A DNA stretch of 64,000 nt from Pirellulales bacterium (GTDB lineage Bacteria; Planctomycetota; Planctomycetia; Pirellulales; JAICIG01): the NCBI GenBank assembly GCA_035533075.1, contig DATLUO010000045.1:161-64160 (forward strand), read 5' to 3'. This document shows positions 17,279 to 26,247 of the stretch, piece after piece (position 1 is the first letter of the stretch; every line of letters begins with the position of its first letter). Made by a program: the position numbers and the translations under genes. Under the pieces are notes generated by a model. The model did not search any database, was not told the DNA's origin, and worked only from the letters and a program-made list of their open reading frames with translations.

Positions 17279-17752
17279 TTACGGACCTTCACGGTGCTGT
17301 GTAACGGAATGCGAAACGGGCGGTTGGTTGTAAATCGTCTTGGGAAAATGCTCGGCCAGGTAATGCACGATGCCCGACACCTGCACCACGCCGAGCGGAC
17401 GGTGCTGATCGTCGACGATCGGCATGCGACGATAGCCGCCGCACGACATGCGTTCGACGGCTTCGGCCACGGTGGCGTTGGCGTGGAGGGTGGCCGGGTC
17501 GCGGATCATCACGGTTTCGATCGCCGCGTCGAGATTGCCGCCGCGGGCCATCAGGCGGAGGGCGTCGCGTTCGGTAAAAATGCCGACCAAGGCGCCCTCG
17601 CGGCAAATAAGCACACTGCCGCGCCCCTCGCCTTTGAGTCGCTGAAACACGTCGCGGACCGGCGTCTCCGGCGCAACGCTGACGACCGGCAGAGGCGAGG
17701 TCAGCTCTACCGACTCAGTCGTCAAGTTCAGTTCAAGATCCACGTTGCTCAC
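17279..17752 (-). CDS. CBS-pair domain protein
   Basis: 157-aa ORF with a GTG start. Two CBS units (GSVLICREGALVGIFTERDAL; YRRMPIVDDQHRPLGVVQVSGIV). Confidence 0.85.
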   Translation of the reverse strand: MSNVDLELNLTTESVELTSPLPVVSVAPETPVRDVFQRLKGEGRGSVLICREGALVGIFTERDALRLMARGGNLDAAIETVMIRDPATLHANATVAEAVERMSCGGYRRMPIVDDQHRPLGVVQVSGIVHYLAEHFPKTIYNQPPVSHSVTQHREGP

Positions 17753-17932
17753 CTGCGACGGGCGACGGACCGAGGAATTCTTGGCTCGCCGCCCGCGACT
17801 ACTGCCGTGCTTCTACAAACTCTACCACGTTGGGCCGGGCATTTAAACCGCAAGTTGGCTGAATTTTCCGAGAGGAACGGTTGTAGCGGCCAGGACCTGA
17901 TTCTGGTTCGTTTCGCCTCGCGCGTGCGTTCG

Positions 17933-18214
17933 TTAATGAAGCGGCTTGAGCCAAGCAGACAGAACGGCCCAGCCTGAGCCGATGGCGGCAAGGATCCCGC
18001 CGACGAATATTTCAAAGCGGTGCAGGGTATCTATTGTGATACGCAGGCCCGCTTCGTGGAATTCTCGCCCGTCTTCATAGCGAATTTCGCACAGCCGTTC
18101 CAGCAAAAACCCGGCTGGACTCAAAAAGGCTATCACTTTCGAACTTGGCACTTGGCGGAGATTATAAGGGGACGAGCGAACGAGGGCATTGTCGCTCGTG
18201 CCAACGAGGCGCAT
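17933..18214 (-). CDS. possible small tail-anchored protein
   Basis: Last 93 codons of a 198-aa track ORF: MRLVGTSDNALVRSSPYNLRQ...RFEIFVGGILAAIGSGWAVLSAWLKPLH*. It sits in a lower-GC gap. Third-position GC in this frame looks higher than the regional GC when counted by eye. The C-terminus is a hydrophobic helix. Confidence 0.35.
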   Translation of the reverse strand: MRLVGTSDNALVRSSPYNLRQVPSSKVIAFLSPAGFLLERLCEIRYEDGREFHEAGLRITIDTLHRFEIFVGGILAAIGSGWAVLSAWLKPLH

Positions 18215-18264
18215 ACTAACCTCAAGCGCACGCGAGGCAAGCCCCAATTCCTGCTCGTTCGCAC

Positions 18265-18338
18265 CACCGGGGCATCGCTGGCCGGCAGCCCGTTTTGGCA
18301 ATGGCCAAGGGAACGCGGCCAGCTCTGCCCCAGCCACC
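18265..18338. repeat. family-B element, right half only
   Basis: CACCGGGGCATCGCTGGCCGGC...GGCCAGCTCTGCCCCAGCCACC matches the right arm of B2/B4. No left arm was found nearby. Confidence 0.6.
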
Positions 18339-18383
18339 TCGAAAAAGGCACGATTCCAGACTACCCAGCTACCGCCGGTCCAA

Positions 18384-21300
18384 ATGAGCATTTCCGTCGC
18401 CGATTTTTGGAAGCTGCTGGCCGAAAGCCGCCTTCTTACGCCCGACCAGGTGCGGCAGGTCGCCGATAACTTGGCACGCCGTAAACCGGGTGCCCTGAGT
18501 GATTTACGGCAAGTGGCCACGCTGCTCATCGAGGCCGGGCGGCTCTCGCGCTATCAGGCCAAGGTGTTGCTTTCCGGCAAGCCGGGGCCGTTCCTTTACG
18601 GCGATTACGTTGTCTATGATCGGGTCGAAAGTACCCGGCTGGCAGGGCTGTTTCGTGCCCGCCATCAGCCGACGCAGCATCCGGTTTGCCTTCAGTTCCT
18701 GGCCGGGAAATCGCTTGAAGATCCCCAGGCGCTGGCACGTCTGATGCCGCAAGTGGCGGTTGCCCGACAGGCCAGTCAGCAAGAGCCTCGGCTGAGCGGC
18801 TGCTATCAGTTCGTCGATCTCGGCACGTTTAAGTTCCTGGTGGTCGAAGACCTGCAAGGCGACTCGCTGGAAGAACGCCTTAAACAAACCAACGCCCGTT
18901 TCTCGGTGTCGATCGCGTGCCGGATGGTGCGGTTGGCCGCGTTGGGACTCGCCAGGCTCCATGCGCTGGGCCAGGCGCACGGCCACGTGCGGCCCGCAAA
19001 TGTCTGGCTCGAAGAGTCGGGTGCAACGAAGCTTTTGCAGTTTCCCTTGATCGGCGACCCGCTTTCGCCAAGACAGCCGCCCGCCAGCATCGAGGCGCAG
19101 CTCGACTACTTGGCGCCCGAATTGGCCAGCCCCGCCGCATTGGCCGACGCGCGCGGCGATGTCTACAGCCTCGGTTGCTTGCTCTTCACCTTGCTGGCCG
19201 GCAAACCGCCGCTGGCGGGCGGCGACCGCCAAAGCAAGCTGGCGCGGCAAAATCAAGAGGCGCCGCCGGCGATCACCAAGTTCAACCCGGAGACGCCCGC
19301 CGCGCTGACGCAAGTGCTGAACTATCTGTTGCAGAAAGATCCGGCCAGGCGTTATCCCGACGCGGCGGCGGTGGCCGAAGTGCTGCAAGCCTATTCCGGC
19401 GCCGATCCACAAACGGCGCCGCCAGCAACGCTGGCGGCCTACGAGGCCTGGTTGCAGCAACCGCGGCGCGGGCCAACGCCCGTCAATCCTCCGCAGGCTT
19501 CCGCACCGCAAGCTGCGCCGCCGCTCGCCGCGCGTCCCGTCATGGCTGGCGTGCCCGTGGCAGGCGCCAACGGCGGTGGAATGACCGGCAGAGTGCCGAT
19601 GGCACCCCTTGTTCAGCCGATGGCCGCGAGCGTGGCGATGGCCTCTGCGCCGGCAGCCGGCCACGTGCAGCCGCCGCCGGCAACCGCGTATCCGGCGGCG
19701 CCGCTCCGGGCCGTGCCGCCGCCGGTCGTCCATGCCGTGCCGGCGGTCGTCGCGGTGCCCAGCGGAGCCGCGGCAATCGCCCAGCGGCGCGCCAAAAAGG
19801 GCGGGCAAACGGCTGCCACGCTGGGTGTCATCGGCGCGGCCGTTGTCGTGCTGCTGGGAATCGTCTGGTTTCTGCAACCGGATGACGAAAAAGAGCAGCC
19901 GCAACCGACGAAGCACGAAGTCGCCGCGGTCCGGCCAACTGAGCCGGACGAGGAGGGCGCAGCCGATGATTCTGAAGAGGATCCGGCCTCGCAGGACATT
20001 CATCTTTCTGAAAAAGGGAGCGCCGCCACAGAACCGATTCATAGCATCGACCAAAAGCAGTTAATCTGGCAGTCGCCCACCCATGGTGCGCCGTTGAACC
20101 TGGCGTGGCTGCCGCCGGGCGTCCAAGTCGTCCTCGCGCTTCGTCCGGCCGAGCTGGCGGGGCAGGCCGAATGGGAAAAGCTGATCGACAAGAAGACGCT
20201 CGGCACGATCAGCCAGTGGATGACCGACGACCTGCCGAAGCTGACCGGCAAGACGCTCGATCAGATTGAGACGGTCGTGATCGGCCTGCTCGACGGCAGT
20301 CCCGGCCCGCCGCGCGTGGCCCTGGTCGCGCGTGCCAGTGAAGAATTCAATCTCGACGATTTGCGGACCGCCTGGGGCGACGCCAAGTCGGAAGAGATCG
20401 AAGGGCAGGTGATTTATGTTCGGGCGGGCCGGGCGTTTTATGTGCCCGCCAGCGGCGGCGACAAGCTGCTGGTGATCGCGCCGGCAGCCGAGCTGCGCGA
20501 AATGCTCAAAACCGGCGGCGAAGCTCCGCCGCTGAGGCGCGAAGTCGAAGTGCTGTTGGAATCGAGCGACGACCAGCGCCAGCTTACGCTGCTGGCGGCG
20601 CCGAATTTCCCTTTGACCGACGGCAAGGCGTTGTTCGTCGATGAGGGAGCGAAGCTGCTGGGACCGTTGCGGAACTTTCTGGAAATGGAGGACAGCGATC
20701 ACAAGCTGGAACTGACCAAGGCCCTGCTGTTGAGTTGCCATCTCGCAGACAGCTTGTTCCTGGAGTTGCGGCTGTACGATAACTTTGGCCGGCCGGCACA
20801 GAGCGCGGCCCGCGAGCTCGAGCGCCGCGTGGCCCAATTGCCCAGACAAGTGAGCGACTACCTCCAAGTTCTGCAGTTGTCGGCCTACAGCAAACCGGTG
20901 TTGTGGGATTACAAAGACCGGTTGGATGTGCTGCAACACTACACGCGGCTGGGCATCGAAGGGAAGCAGATTGTGATGCGGGCGTACTTGCCCGTCGTGG
21001 CGGCCCACAACCTGGCCTTGGGCGCGCACCTGGCGTTGTTGGAAAACGTCGGGAGTGGCGGACCGGTGGCCGCGGTGGCGTCGACCGCCCAGGCCGCCAA
21101 GCCGCAAACCGTGGCCGAAAAGCTCAAGAAAAAAACGACGCTTAGCTTTCCGCGCAACACGTTGGAGATGTCGATGAAGCTGCTCGGCGACGACATCGGC
21201 GTGGAGATCGTCATTCTGGGCAACGATTTGCGCGACGAGGGCATCACCAAGAACCAATCGTTCGGTCTGGAGGAGAAAGACCAGCCGGCCGACGAAATCC

Positions 21301-21458
21301 TGCGCAAAATCATGAAGCTGGCCAATCCAGACGGTAAACTGGTTTATGTCATCAAGCCCAAGGAAGGCGGTGGCGAGGACGTGCTGTATGTGACGACGCG
21401 GGCCGCCGTGAAGAAGCGCGGCGACAAGCTCCCGCCGGAACTGGAAACCGTGAAGTAG
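18384..21458 (+). CDS. Ser/Thr-kinase-like pseudokinase: single-pass membrane protein with a large periplasmic domain and an STN-like C-terminal module
   Basis: Start moved to MSISVADFWKLL (ATG 18384). The kinase fold retains APE (YLAPELA), DVYSLGCLLF and KDPARRY, but shows VCLQ for VAIK, HGHVRPAN for HRDLKPxN, QFP for DFG, and no Gly-rich loop. TM segment LGVIGAAVVVLLGIVWFL. Confidence 0.85.
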   Translation: MSISVADFWKLLAESRLLTPDQVRQVADNLARRKPGALSDLRQVATLLIEAGRLSRYQAKVLLSGKPGPFLYGDYVVYDRVESTRLAGLFRARHQPTQHPVCLQFLAGKSLEDPQALARLMPQVAVARQASQQEPRLSGCYQFVDLGTFKFLVVEDLQGDSLEERLKQTNARFSVSIACRMVRLAALGLARLHALGQAHGHVRPANVWLEESGATKLLQFPLIGDPLSPRQPPASIEAQLDYLAPELASPAALADARGDVYSLGCLLFTLLAGKPPLAGGDRQSKLARQNQEAPPAITKFNPETPAALTQVLNYLLQKDPARRYPDAAAVAEVLQAYSGADPQTAPPATLAAYEAWLQQPRRGPTPVNPPQASAPQAAPPLAARPVMAGVPVAGANGGGMTGRVPMAPLVQPMAASVAMASAPAAGHVQPPPATAYPAAPLRAVPPPVVHAVPAVVAVPSGAAAIAQRRAKKGGQTAATLGVIGAAVVVLLGIVWFLQPDDEKEQPQPTKHEVAAVRPTEPDEEGAADDSEEDPASQDIHLSEKGSAATEPIHSIDQKQLIWQSPTHGAPLNLAWLPPGVQVVLALRPAELAGQAEWEKLIDKKTLGTISQWMTDDLPKLTGKTLDQIETVVIGLLDGSPGPPRVALVARASEEFNLDDLRTAWGDAKSEEIEGQVIYVRAGRAFYVPASGGDKLLVIAPAAELREMLKTGGEAPPLRREVEVLLESSDDQRQLTLLAAPNFPLTDGKALFVDEGAKLLGPLRNFLEMEDSDHKLELTKALLLSCHLADSLFLELRLYDNFGRPAQSAARELERRVAQLPRQVSDYLQVLQLSAYSKPVLWDYKDRLDVLQHYTRLGIEGKQIVMRAYLPVVAAHNLALGAHLALLENVGSGGPVAAVASTAQAAKPQTVAEKLKKKTTLSFPRNTLEMSMKLLGDDIGVEIVILGNDLRDEGITKNQSFGLEEKDQPADEILRKIMKLANPDGKLVYVIKPKEGGGEDVLYVTTRAAVKKRGDKLPPELETVK

Positions 21459-21497
21459 GGTGGGCCGGCGCTCGCAAGCTCGCTGGTCCCACCCTAC
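21459..21497 (-). repeat. family-A REP element, copy A4
   Basis: GGTGGGCCGGCGCTCGCAAGCTCGCTGGTCCCACCCTAC starts 1 nt after the pseudokinase stop codon. Confidence 0.85.
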
Positions 21498-21510
21498 AAT
21501 TAGAATCGCC

Positions 21511-24500
21511 GTGGAACTTTTTTCGATCGTCTGCCCGACCTGTAGCGCACGGCTGAAGGTGCGCAATAGGGCCGCGATCGGACAGATTCTGAATTGCCCC
21601 AAGTGCAGCAGCATGGTGCAGGTTGCGGCACCCGCGGGCTGGCAACCGCCGTCCGCCGATGCCGTCGAAGGAGCCGCCGCGCCCTCGGATGCCCCCAGTA
21701 CGTCAGGCCGGCGGCGTTGGGAAAACCAGGTTCAGCCCGGCGAGAAATTGACCGAAGGCGCCGCGACGCCTTCCAGCAGCGGCGGCCTGAAGTTCGGCGA
21801 TTCGTCGGGCGGTCTGGCAGATAGCTCCGCAAGCTCCTCTTCGAGCATTTCGGCTTCCGCGCTGGCGGGTGCGGCAATGCAGGATTCGGAGGTCGGTCCG
21901 CTGGCCGCTCCACCGGTGGCTGGCGGTGGCGCGGCGGCCGCATGGGGCAAATGGGGCTTGTTGGCGGGCGTGCCGACACTCGTGGTGGCCCTGGCCGCCA
22001 CAGTCTGGTTCTTTCGTCGCTCGCCGGATGAGGTGCCACCTCCGCCGGAGGTGGCGGCCACCGAGCCGGCGCCCCCCATTGAGGCACCGCCGCCGCCCGC
22101 CACTCCGCCGCCCGATCGCGAGCCGGTGCCTGAGCCGGTCCGCCTGGCCCGTCGCTGGCTGCCCAGCAACGCGGCGGCCGTGGTCAGTTTGCGTCCCAAG
22201 CTGCTGCTGGCGGAACCGGCGGCACGCGTGGTGCTCGACCGCACGGCTGCGATCTGGCAAGCGGCGCTGGACAAGCTCGTGTCGTCGCTGGGGCTGGAAC
22301 CACAGTCGATCGACCGCGCCACCTGGTCGGCGGTCGATATTCGTGCGCTGCGCGGGAACGACTGGCTGACCCAAGGGGTCGTGGCCATCGAGCTCGACAA
22401 GCCGCTCGACGCCGCTTCGCCCGCGCTGCGCGACGGCGTGCCGCTCGATTGGACGCTGGCCAAGGCGCCGGCGCGAGAACTGAAATCGCGGGCCTGGCCG
22501 AATCCGTTCGCGGTGATCGACAAGCGGACGGTGGTGACCGGTCCCGGGCCGCTGTTGCGCGAGCTGGCCGCTCGCGAAGAGGACCGGCTGGCCAACGAGG
22601 CGCTCGAAGAGTTGCTGAACGCGGCCGATGCCAAGGCGGCGGCGCTGGCCCTGCTCGACTTGCGCGCCCTTCGCGACGCCGACGCCGTGCCGCACTGGAT
22701 GCCGGTGGTCGAGCTGTGGCACGCTGAAGCCGACGATTGGCAGTTGCTGCGCACGATGCCCCTGGCCTTCCGCCTGGCCATCAGCCTGGGAAAACAAGGC
22801 GACGTCGAGCTGGAACTGGCCTGCGACGGTGCCTCCGGCGCCGAAGAAGTGCATGCCGCGCTGGACCGCGTGCTCGAAGCCGTGGAAGGGACGATGGCCG
22901 GCGAGGCCGACTCGCTCAGCGACAAACTGCTGGCCGGTGAGATCAATGCGGCTCTGGCCGGCGACTTGAAACAGTTTCTGGCCGGCAGCCAATCGGCCTT
23001 GGCCGACCGCACTTCCGGCCTTCGCGATCAGGTGGTCTGGGCCCGCCTGGCGTGGCAGGGCGATCTCGCGAAGCTGGCGGCGGGCTTTCTGGCCGGCATT
23101 CCCCAACTGGAAGTCCGCCGGCTGGCGGCGGTGCGGCGGTTGGACGAAGAACATCACCAGCTCCTGCTGGCCGGACTGGCGGGCTACGTCAAGGCCGAGC
23201 GTGCCTGGCCCGCCGGCGCCGCCGGAGCGACGCTGCTCGCGCCCGAAACGCGACTGAGCTGGCAGGCCACGCTTCTGCCTTATTACGGACATCTCGATTG
23301 GCACGGCGAGTTGAACTTTGCCCGTGCCTGGAACGATCCGCTCAACCAGCGCGTGACGCGGCAGCCGCTGGACGTGATGACCAACCCGGCGTTGGGTCCG
23401 TCCAAGACAACGGCCGACTTTCCGGTCACGCATTACGTCGGCGTGGCCGGTCTGGGGGCCGACGCCGGGCAGCTCGAGGCCACCGACGCGCGAGCGGGCG
23501 TGTTTGGCTTTCGGTCGCGGCCGACGCCCGCCGAGATTCCCGATGGCGCATCGAACACGATTGCCTTGGCGGGCGTCAGCGGCAAGCTCGGCCCTTGGGC
23601 GGCCGGCGGCGCGGCCACCGTCCGCGGCTTGACGCAGCGTCCCTATATCAACGGCCCCGACGGCTTCGGCAGCGGACAGCCCGACGGCATGCTGGTGGGC
23701 ATGGCCGACGGCTCCGTGCGTTTTCTTTCCAAAGACATCGATCCCGCGGTTCTGGAGCGGCTGGCGACGATCCACGGCGGCGACCCGGATCCGTCGGTTG
23801 CTAAGGCGAGCACGCCTGACGGAGGTCTGCCTCCGCGTCAGCCCGCGCAAGCGAGGACACCTACGCCACGAGCCAAAACGGCTGAAAAACGTAGCGCGAA
23901 ACGAACGCGGCCGGTCCCTCAGGAACCCGACAAACGCATGGCGGCCCGGTTGAACGACACGATTCCGGGAATCGAGCTGAAGACGACGCTGACGGATCTG
24001 CTCAATTTGCTGTCGCAGCTTAGCACGGTGCCGATGACGCTCGACGCCGAGTCGCTGGCCCAGGCCGGCGTCGATCCCGCCGCGAAGGTTTCGCTGAAGT
24101 TATCGAACGCCACCATCGGCGAAATCCTCGACGCAGGGCTGCGGCCGTACGATCTGAAGTACGTGATGGTCGGCAAGCAGCTCATCGTGATGGATGCCCG
24201 GCGGCTGAAAGAGACCGTGGAGACCGTGCGGTTCAAAGTGGCCGACCTGGTGGCTTCGTCGAAACAGCACGAGAGCGACCTGGCGAAGCTGGTCGAGAGG
24301 TTTGTGGTGCCGACGGCCTGGCAGACGTCGGGCGGACCGGGCTCGATCGAGGCCGCCGAGGGAGAGCTGGTCGTGAAGCAGACGCCGAGCGTGTCGCAGC
24401 AAGTCGGCGGTTTTCTCGACAAGCTGCGGTTGGCGCGTCAACTGCCGGTCGCTCGCCGCGAGAGGCGGCCCGCGTCGCTGGCCACGCGCTGGTCGATGGC

Positions 24501-25005
24501 GCGCGAAAAGCTCTTAGGCAACGTGACGGTCAATTTTTCGGAGCCGGTGCCGCTGGCCGAGATCGCCGCACAACTGCAGAAAGCGGCCGGCATTGCGATC
24601 GTGTTCGACGGACTGGGCCTGGCCGCCGTGGAGCGCTCGCCCAAAGTTGAAGCCACGCTGTCGACCGACCGCGAGCCGCTGGCCGACGTGCTCGACCGCT
24701 TGTTGGAGCCGCTCGAACTCGGCTACCGGATCGTCGACGGGCAAGTGCTGCAGATCACCTCGGCCCGCGAGGTGTCGGACGATCTTGACGTCGAGTTCTA
24801 TCCGGCGGAGAGCTTCTTGCAAGCGGAGCCGGCCGACGAATTCGCTGCTCGCATTCGCAAAGAAGTCTCGCCGGCGACGTGGTTGGAAATGGGCGGCGCC
24901 GGCGCGCTGGAGGTCGATGCCGCTTCGTCTTATCTGATGGTGCTGGCCCCGCAGGGCGTCCAGATCGAGCTGGAGAACTGGCTGGCGGAGCAGACGAAGA
25001 AGTAG
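21511..25005 (+). CDS. zinc-ribbon single-pass membrane protein with an embedded DUF1559-like domain and two STN-like C-terminal modules
   Basis: Start placed at GTG 21511 (uncertain), because the upstream codons are REP-derived. CPTCSARLKV...CPKCSSMVQV is an MJ0042-type finger; TM segment LLAGVPTLVVALAATVWFF. RLSWQATLLPYY...THYVGVAG...IPDGASNTIAL...GQPDGMLVGMADGSVRFLSKDID is DUF1559-like. Confidence 0.8.
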   Translation: MELFSIVCPTCSARLKVRNRAAIGQILNCPKCSSMVQVAAPAGWQPPSADAVEGAAAPSDAPSTSGRRRWENQVQPGEKLTEGAATPSSSGGLKFGDSSGGLADSSASSSSSISASALAGAAMQDSEVGPLAAPPVAGGGAAAAWGKWGLLAGVPTLVVALAATVWFFRRSPDEVPPPPEVAATEPAPPIEAPPPPATPPPDREPVPEPVRLARRWLPSNAAAVVSLRPKLLLAEPAARVVLDRTAAIWQAALDKLVSSLGLEPQSIDRATWSAVDIRALRGNDWLTQGVVAIELDKPLDAASPALRDGVPLDWTLAKAPARELKSRAWPNPFAVIDKRTVVTGPGPLLRELAAREEDRLANEALEELLNAADAKAAALALLDLRALRDADAVPHWMPVVELWHAEADDWQLLRTMPLAFRLAISLGKQGDVELELACDGASGAEEVHAALDRVLEAVEGTMAGEADSLSDKLLAGEINAALAGDLKQFLAGSQSALADRTSGLRDQVVWARLAWQGDLAKLAAGFLAGIPQLEVRRLAAVRRLDEEHHQLLLAGLAGYVKAERAWPAGAAGATLLAPETRLSWQATLLPYYGHLDWHGELNFARAWNDPLNQRVTRQPLDVMTNPALGPSKTTADFPVTHYVGVAGLGADAGQLEATDARAGVFGFRSRPTPAEIPDGASNTIALAGVSGKLGPWAAGGAATVRGLTQRPYINGPDGFGSGQPDGMLVGMADGSVRFLSKDIDPAVLERLATIHGGDPDPSVAKASTPDGGLPPRQPAQARTPTPRAKTAEKRSAKRTRPVPQEPDKRMAARLNDTIPGIELKTTLTDLLNLLSQLSTVPMTLDAESLAQAGVDPAAKVSLKLSNATIGEILDAGLRPYDLKYVMVGKQLIVMDARRLKETVETVRFKVADLVASSKQHESDLAKLVERFVVPTAWQTSGGPGSIEAAEGELVVKQTPSVSQQVGGFLDKLRLARQLPVARRERRPASLATRWSMAREKLLGNVTVNFSEPVPLAEIAAQLQKAAGIAIVFDGLGLAAVERSPKVEATLSTDREPLADVLDRLLEPLELGYRIVDGQVLQITSAREVSDDLDVEFYPAESFLQAEPADEFAARIRKEVSPATWLEMGGAGALEVDAASSYLMVLAPQGVQIELENWLAEQTKK

Positions 25006-25014
25006 GGTGTGATC

Positions 25015-26223
25015 CTACTTTTGCCCGACCGTGACCGTGAACGGAAAGTTCTCGCTCGGCAGCTTGACGGCCGTGACGGTGTAGCTCCAGTCGCCGGCCT
25101 GAGCGTTGGGCACGTCGATCGTAATCGTGCTCGCCGATTGCTGTTCGCGCTTGCTGCCGTCGGGGGCGACCACCGTCAACCTGAGCTGCGCGCCGGCATT
25201 CTGAAAGCCGAGCACAAACTGCAAATGGCCGGGCTTGTCGGCATGGTAGACGCTCGTGGCCGATTGCTCGGCCGCCGACGCGCTGAACAGGTTCTTCTTG
25301 GCCGGCGAGAATCCGCCCTGCACCATCGTCCGCTGGACTTTCGTCTCGACTTCGGCGGTGACGGCGGAGAACACCAGGTATCGCAGGAGCTTAATCTCGG
25401 TCTCGCTGTTCTGTTTCTCGTTGTGAAACGACGTGAAGATCACCGTGCCGTCATGTTCGGGAAACTTGACCATCAGCGGAGCGGTCTGACTCGTGCCGGC
25501 GTCGGTGGTGTATTTGCCGCGGAGATAGACCGTGACGTCTTTGCCCTCGAAGGCCGCCGGATACCAGCCGGCCTGGTCGAACTCCAGCGGCATCTCGCCG
25601 CCGATCAGCTCGCGCAGCCCGGCATCGACCACTTCGGCGTTCAGCTTTTGCGTCTTGCCTTCTTGGGCCTGTTGGGGCTGGGCCACTTCGGGAAAAGCCT
25701 GCGCAATGAGCTTGTAGTGCAGGTCGGAGGCATACAGCGTGCCGCCGGCCAGCACGAAGTTGCGCAGGTTGTCGGACACCTGCTTGAGCACCTCTACGTT
25801 CGGTTCGAACACGCCGGCGCCCTTCCGCTGGCTGTCGCCGATCCTCTTGCCCAACCACGACTGCGGCACGCCCGAACAAGTGAAAAAGATGACGTCGAAG
25901 TCGCTCAGCTTTTCGCCTTTGCGCAAGTCGTCGAGCGGAAACGACGTGTACTTGTAACCTTGGCCCAGGCTGTCGAGCAACTTTCCCATGTCGTCGTAGC
26001 CTTCTCCCGGCAGCGGCGTGACGCCCAGCCGCAGACGCCGCACGGGTCCGGCGGGCGGTACGTCTTGCGCCTGCTCGACGGTTTGCAGTTTGACCTCGCC
26101 GCCGGGGGTCTCTGCCGGCGGCTTCTGATGGTCGATGGCAAACACGACGCCCAGCGCCAACACCAGGCCGGCCGCCAAGGCGGTATCGACGATCGTCTGC
26201 AAGAACAGCCGGCGGAGATTCAT
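25015..26223 (-). CDS. N-terminally anchored protein with a GATase1-like (ThuA/DUF4159-like) domain and a C-terminal beta-sandwich
   Basis: 402-aa ORF. TM segment IVDTALAAGLVLALGVVFAI. FDVIFFTCSG...NFVLAGGTLYASD...VIFTSFHNE is reminiscent of class-I amidotransferase-like folds. Pattern-level call only. Confidence 0.7.
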   Translation of the reverse strand: MNLRRLFLQTIVDTALAAGLVLALGVVFAIDHQKPPAETPGGEVKLQTVEQAQDVPPAGPVRRLRLGVTPLPGEGYDDMGKLLDSLGQGYKYTSFPLDDLRKGEKLSDFDVIFFTCSGVPQSWLGKRIGDSQRKGAGVFEPNVEVLKQVSDNLRNFVLAGGTLYASDLHYKLIAQAFPEVAQPQQAQEGKTQKLNAEVVDAGLRELIGGEMPLEFDQAGWYPAAFEGKDVTVYLRGKYTTDAGTSQTAPLMVKFPEHDGTVIFTSFHNEKQNSETEIKLLRYLVFSAVTAEVETKVQRTMVQGGFSPAKKNLFSASAAEQSATSVYHADKPGHLQFVLGFQNAGAQLRLTVVAPDGSKREQQSASTITIDVPNAQAGDWSYTVTAVKLPSENFPFTVTVGQK

Positions 26224-26247
26224 ATATCATCTTTCTATCAGAGCCGA

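Noticed and set aside
20061-23850. 517-aa and 715-aa minus-strand ORFs across the pseudokinase and zinc-ribbon genes
   Set aside because: They are shadow ORFs with Arg/Gly/Pro-rich sequence. They also read through the REP copy (VGWDQRACERRPT), which is non-coding elsewhere.
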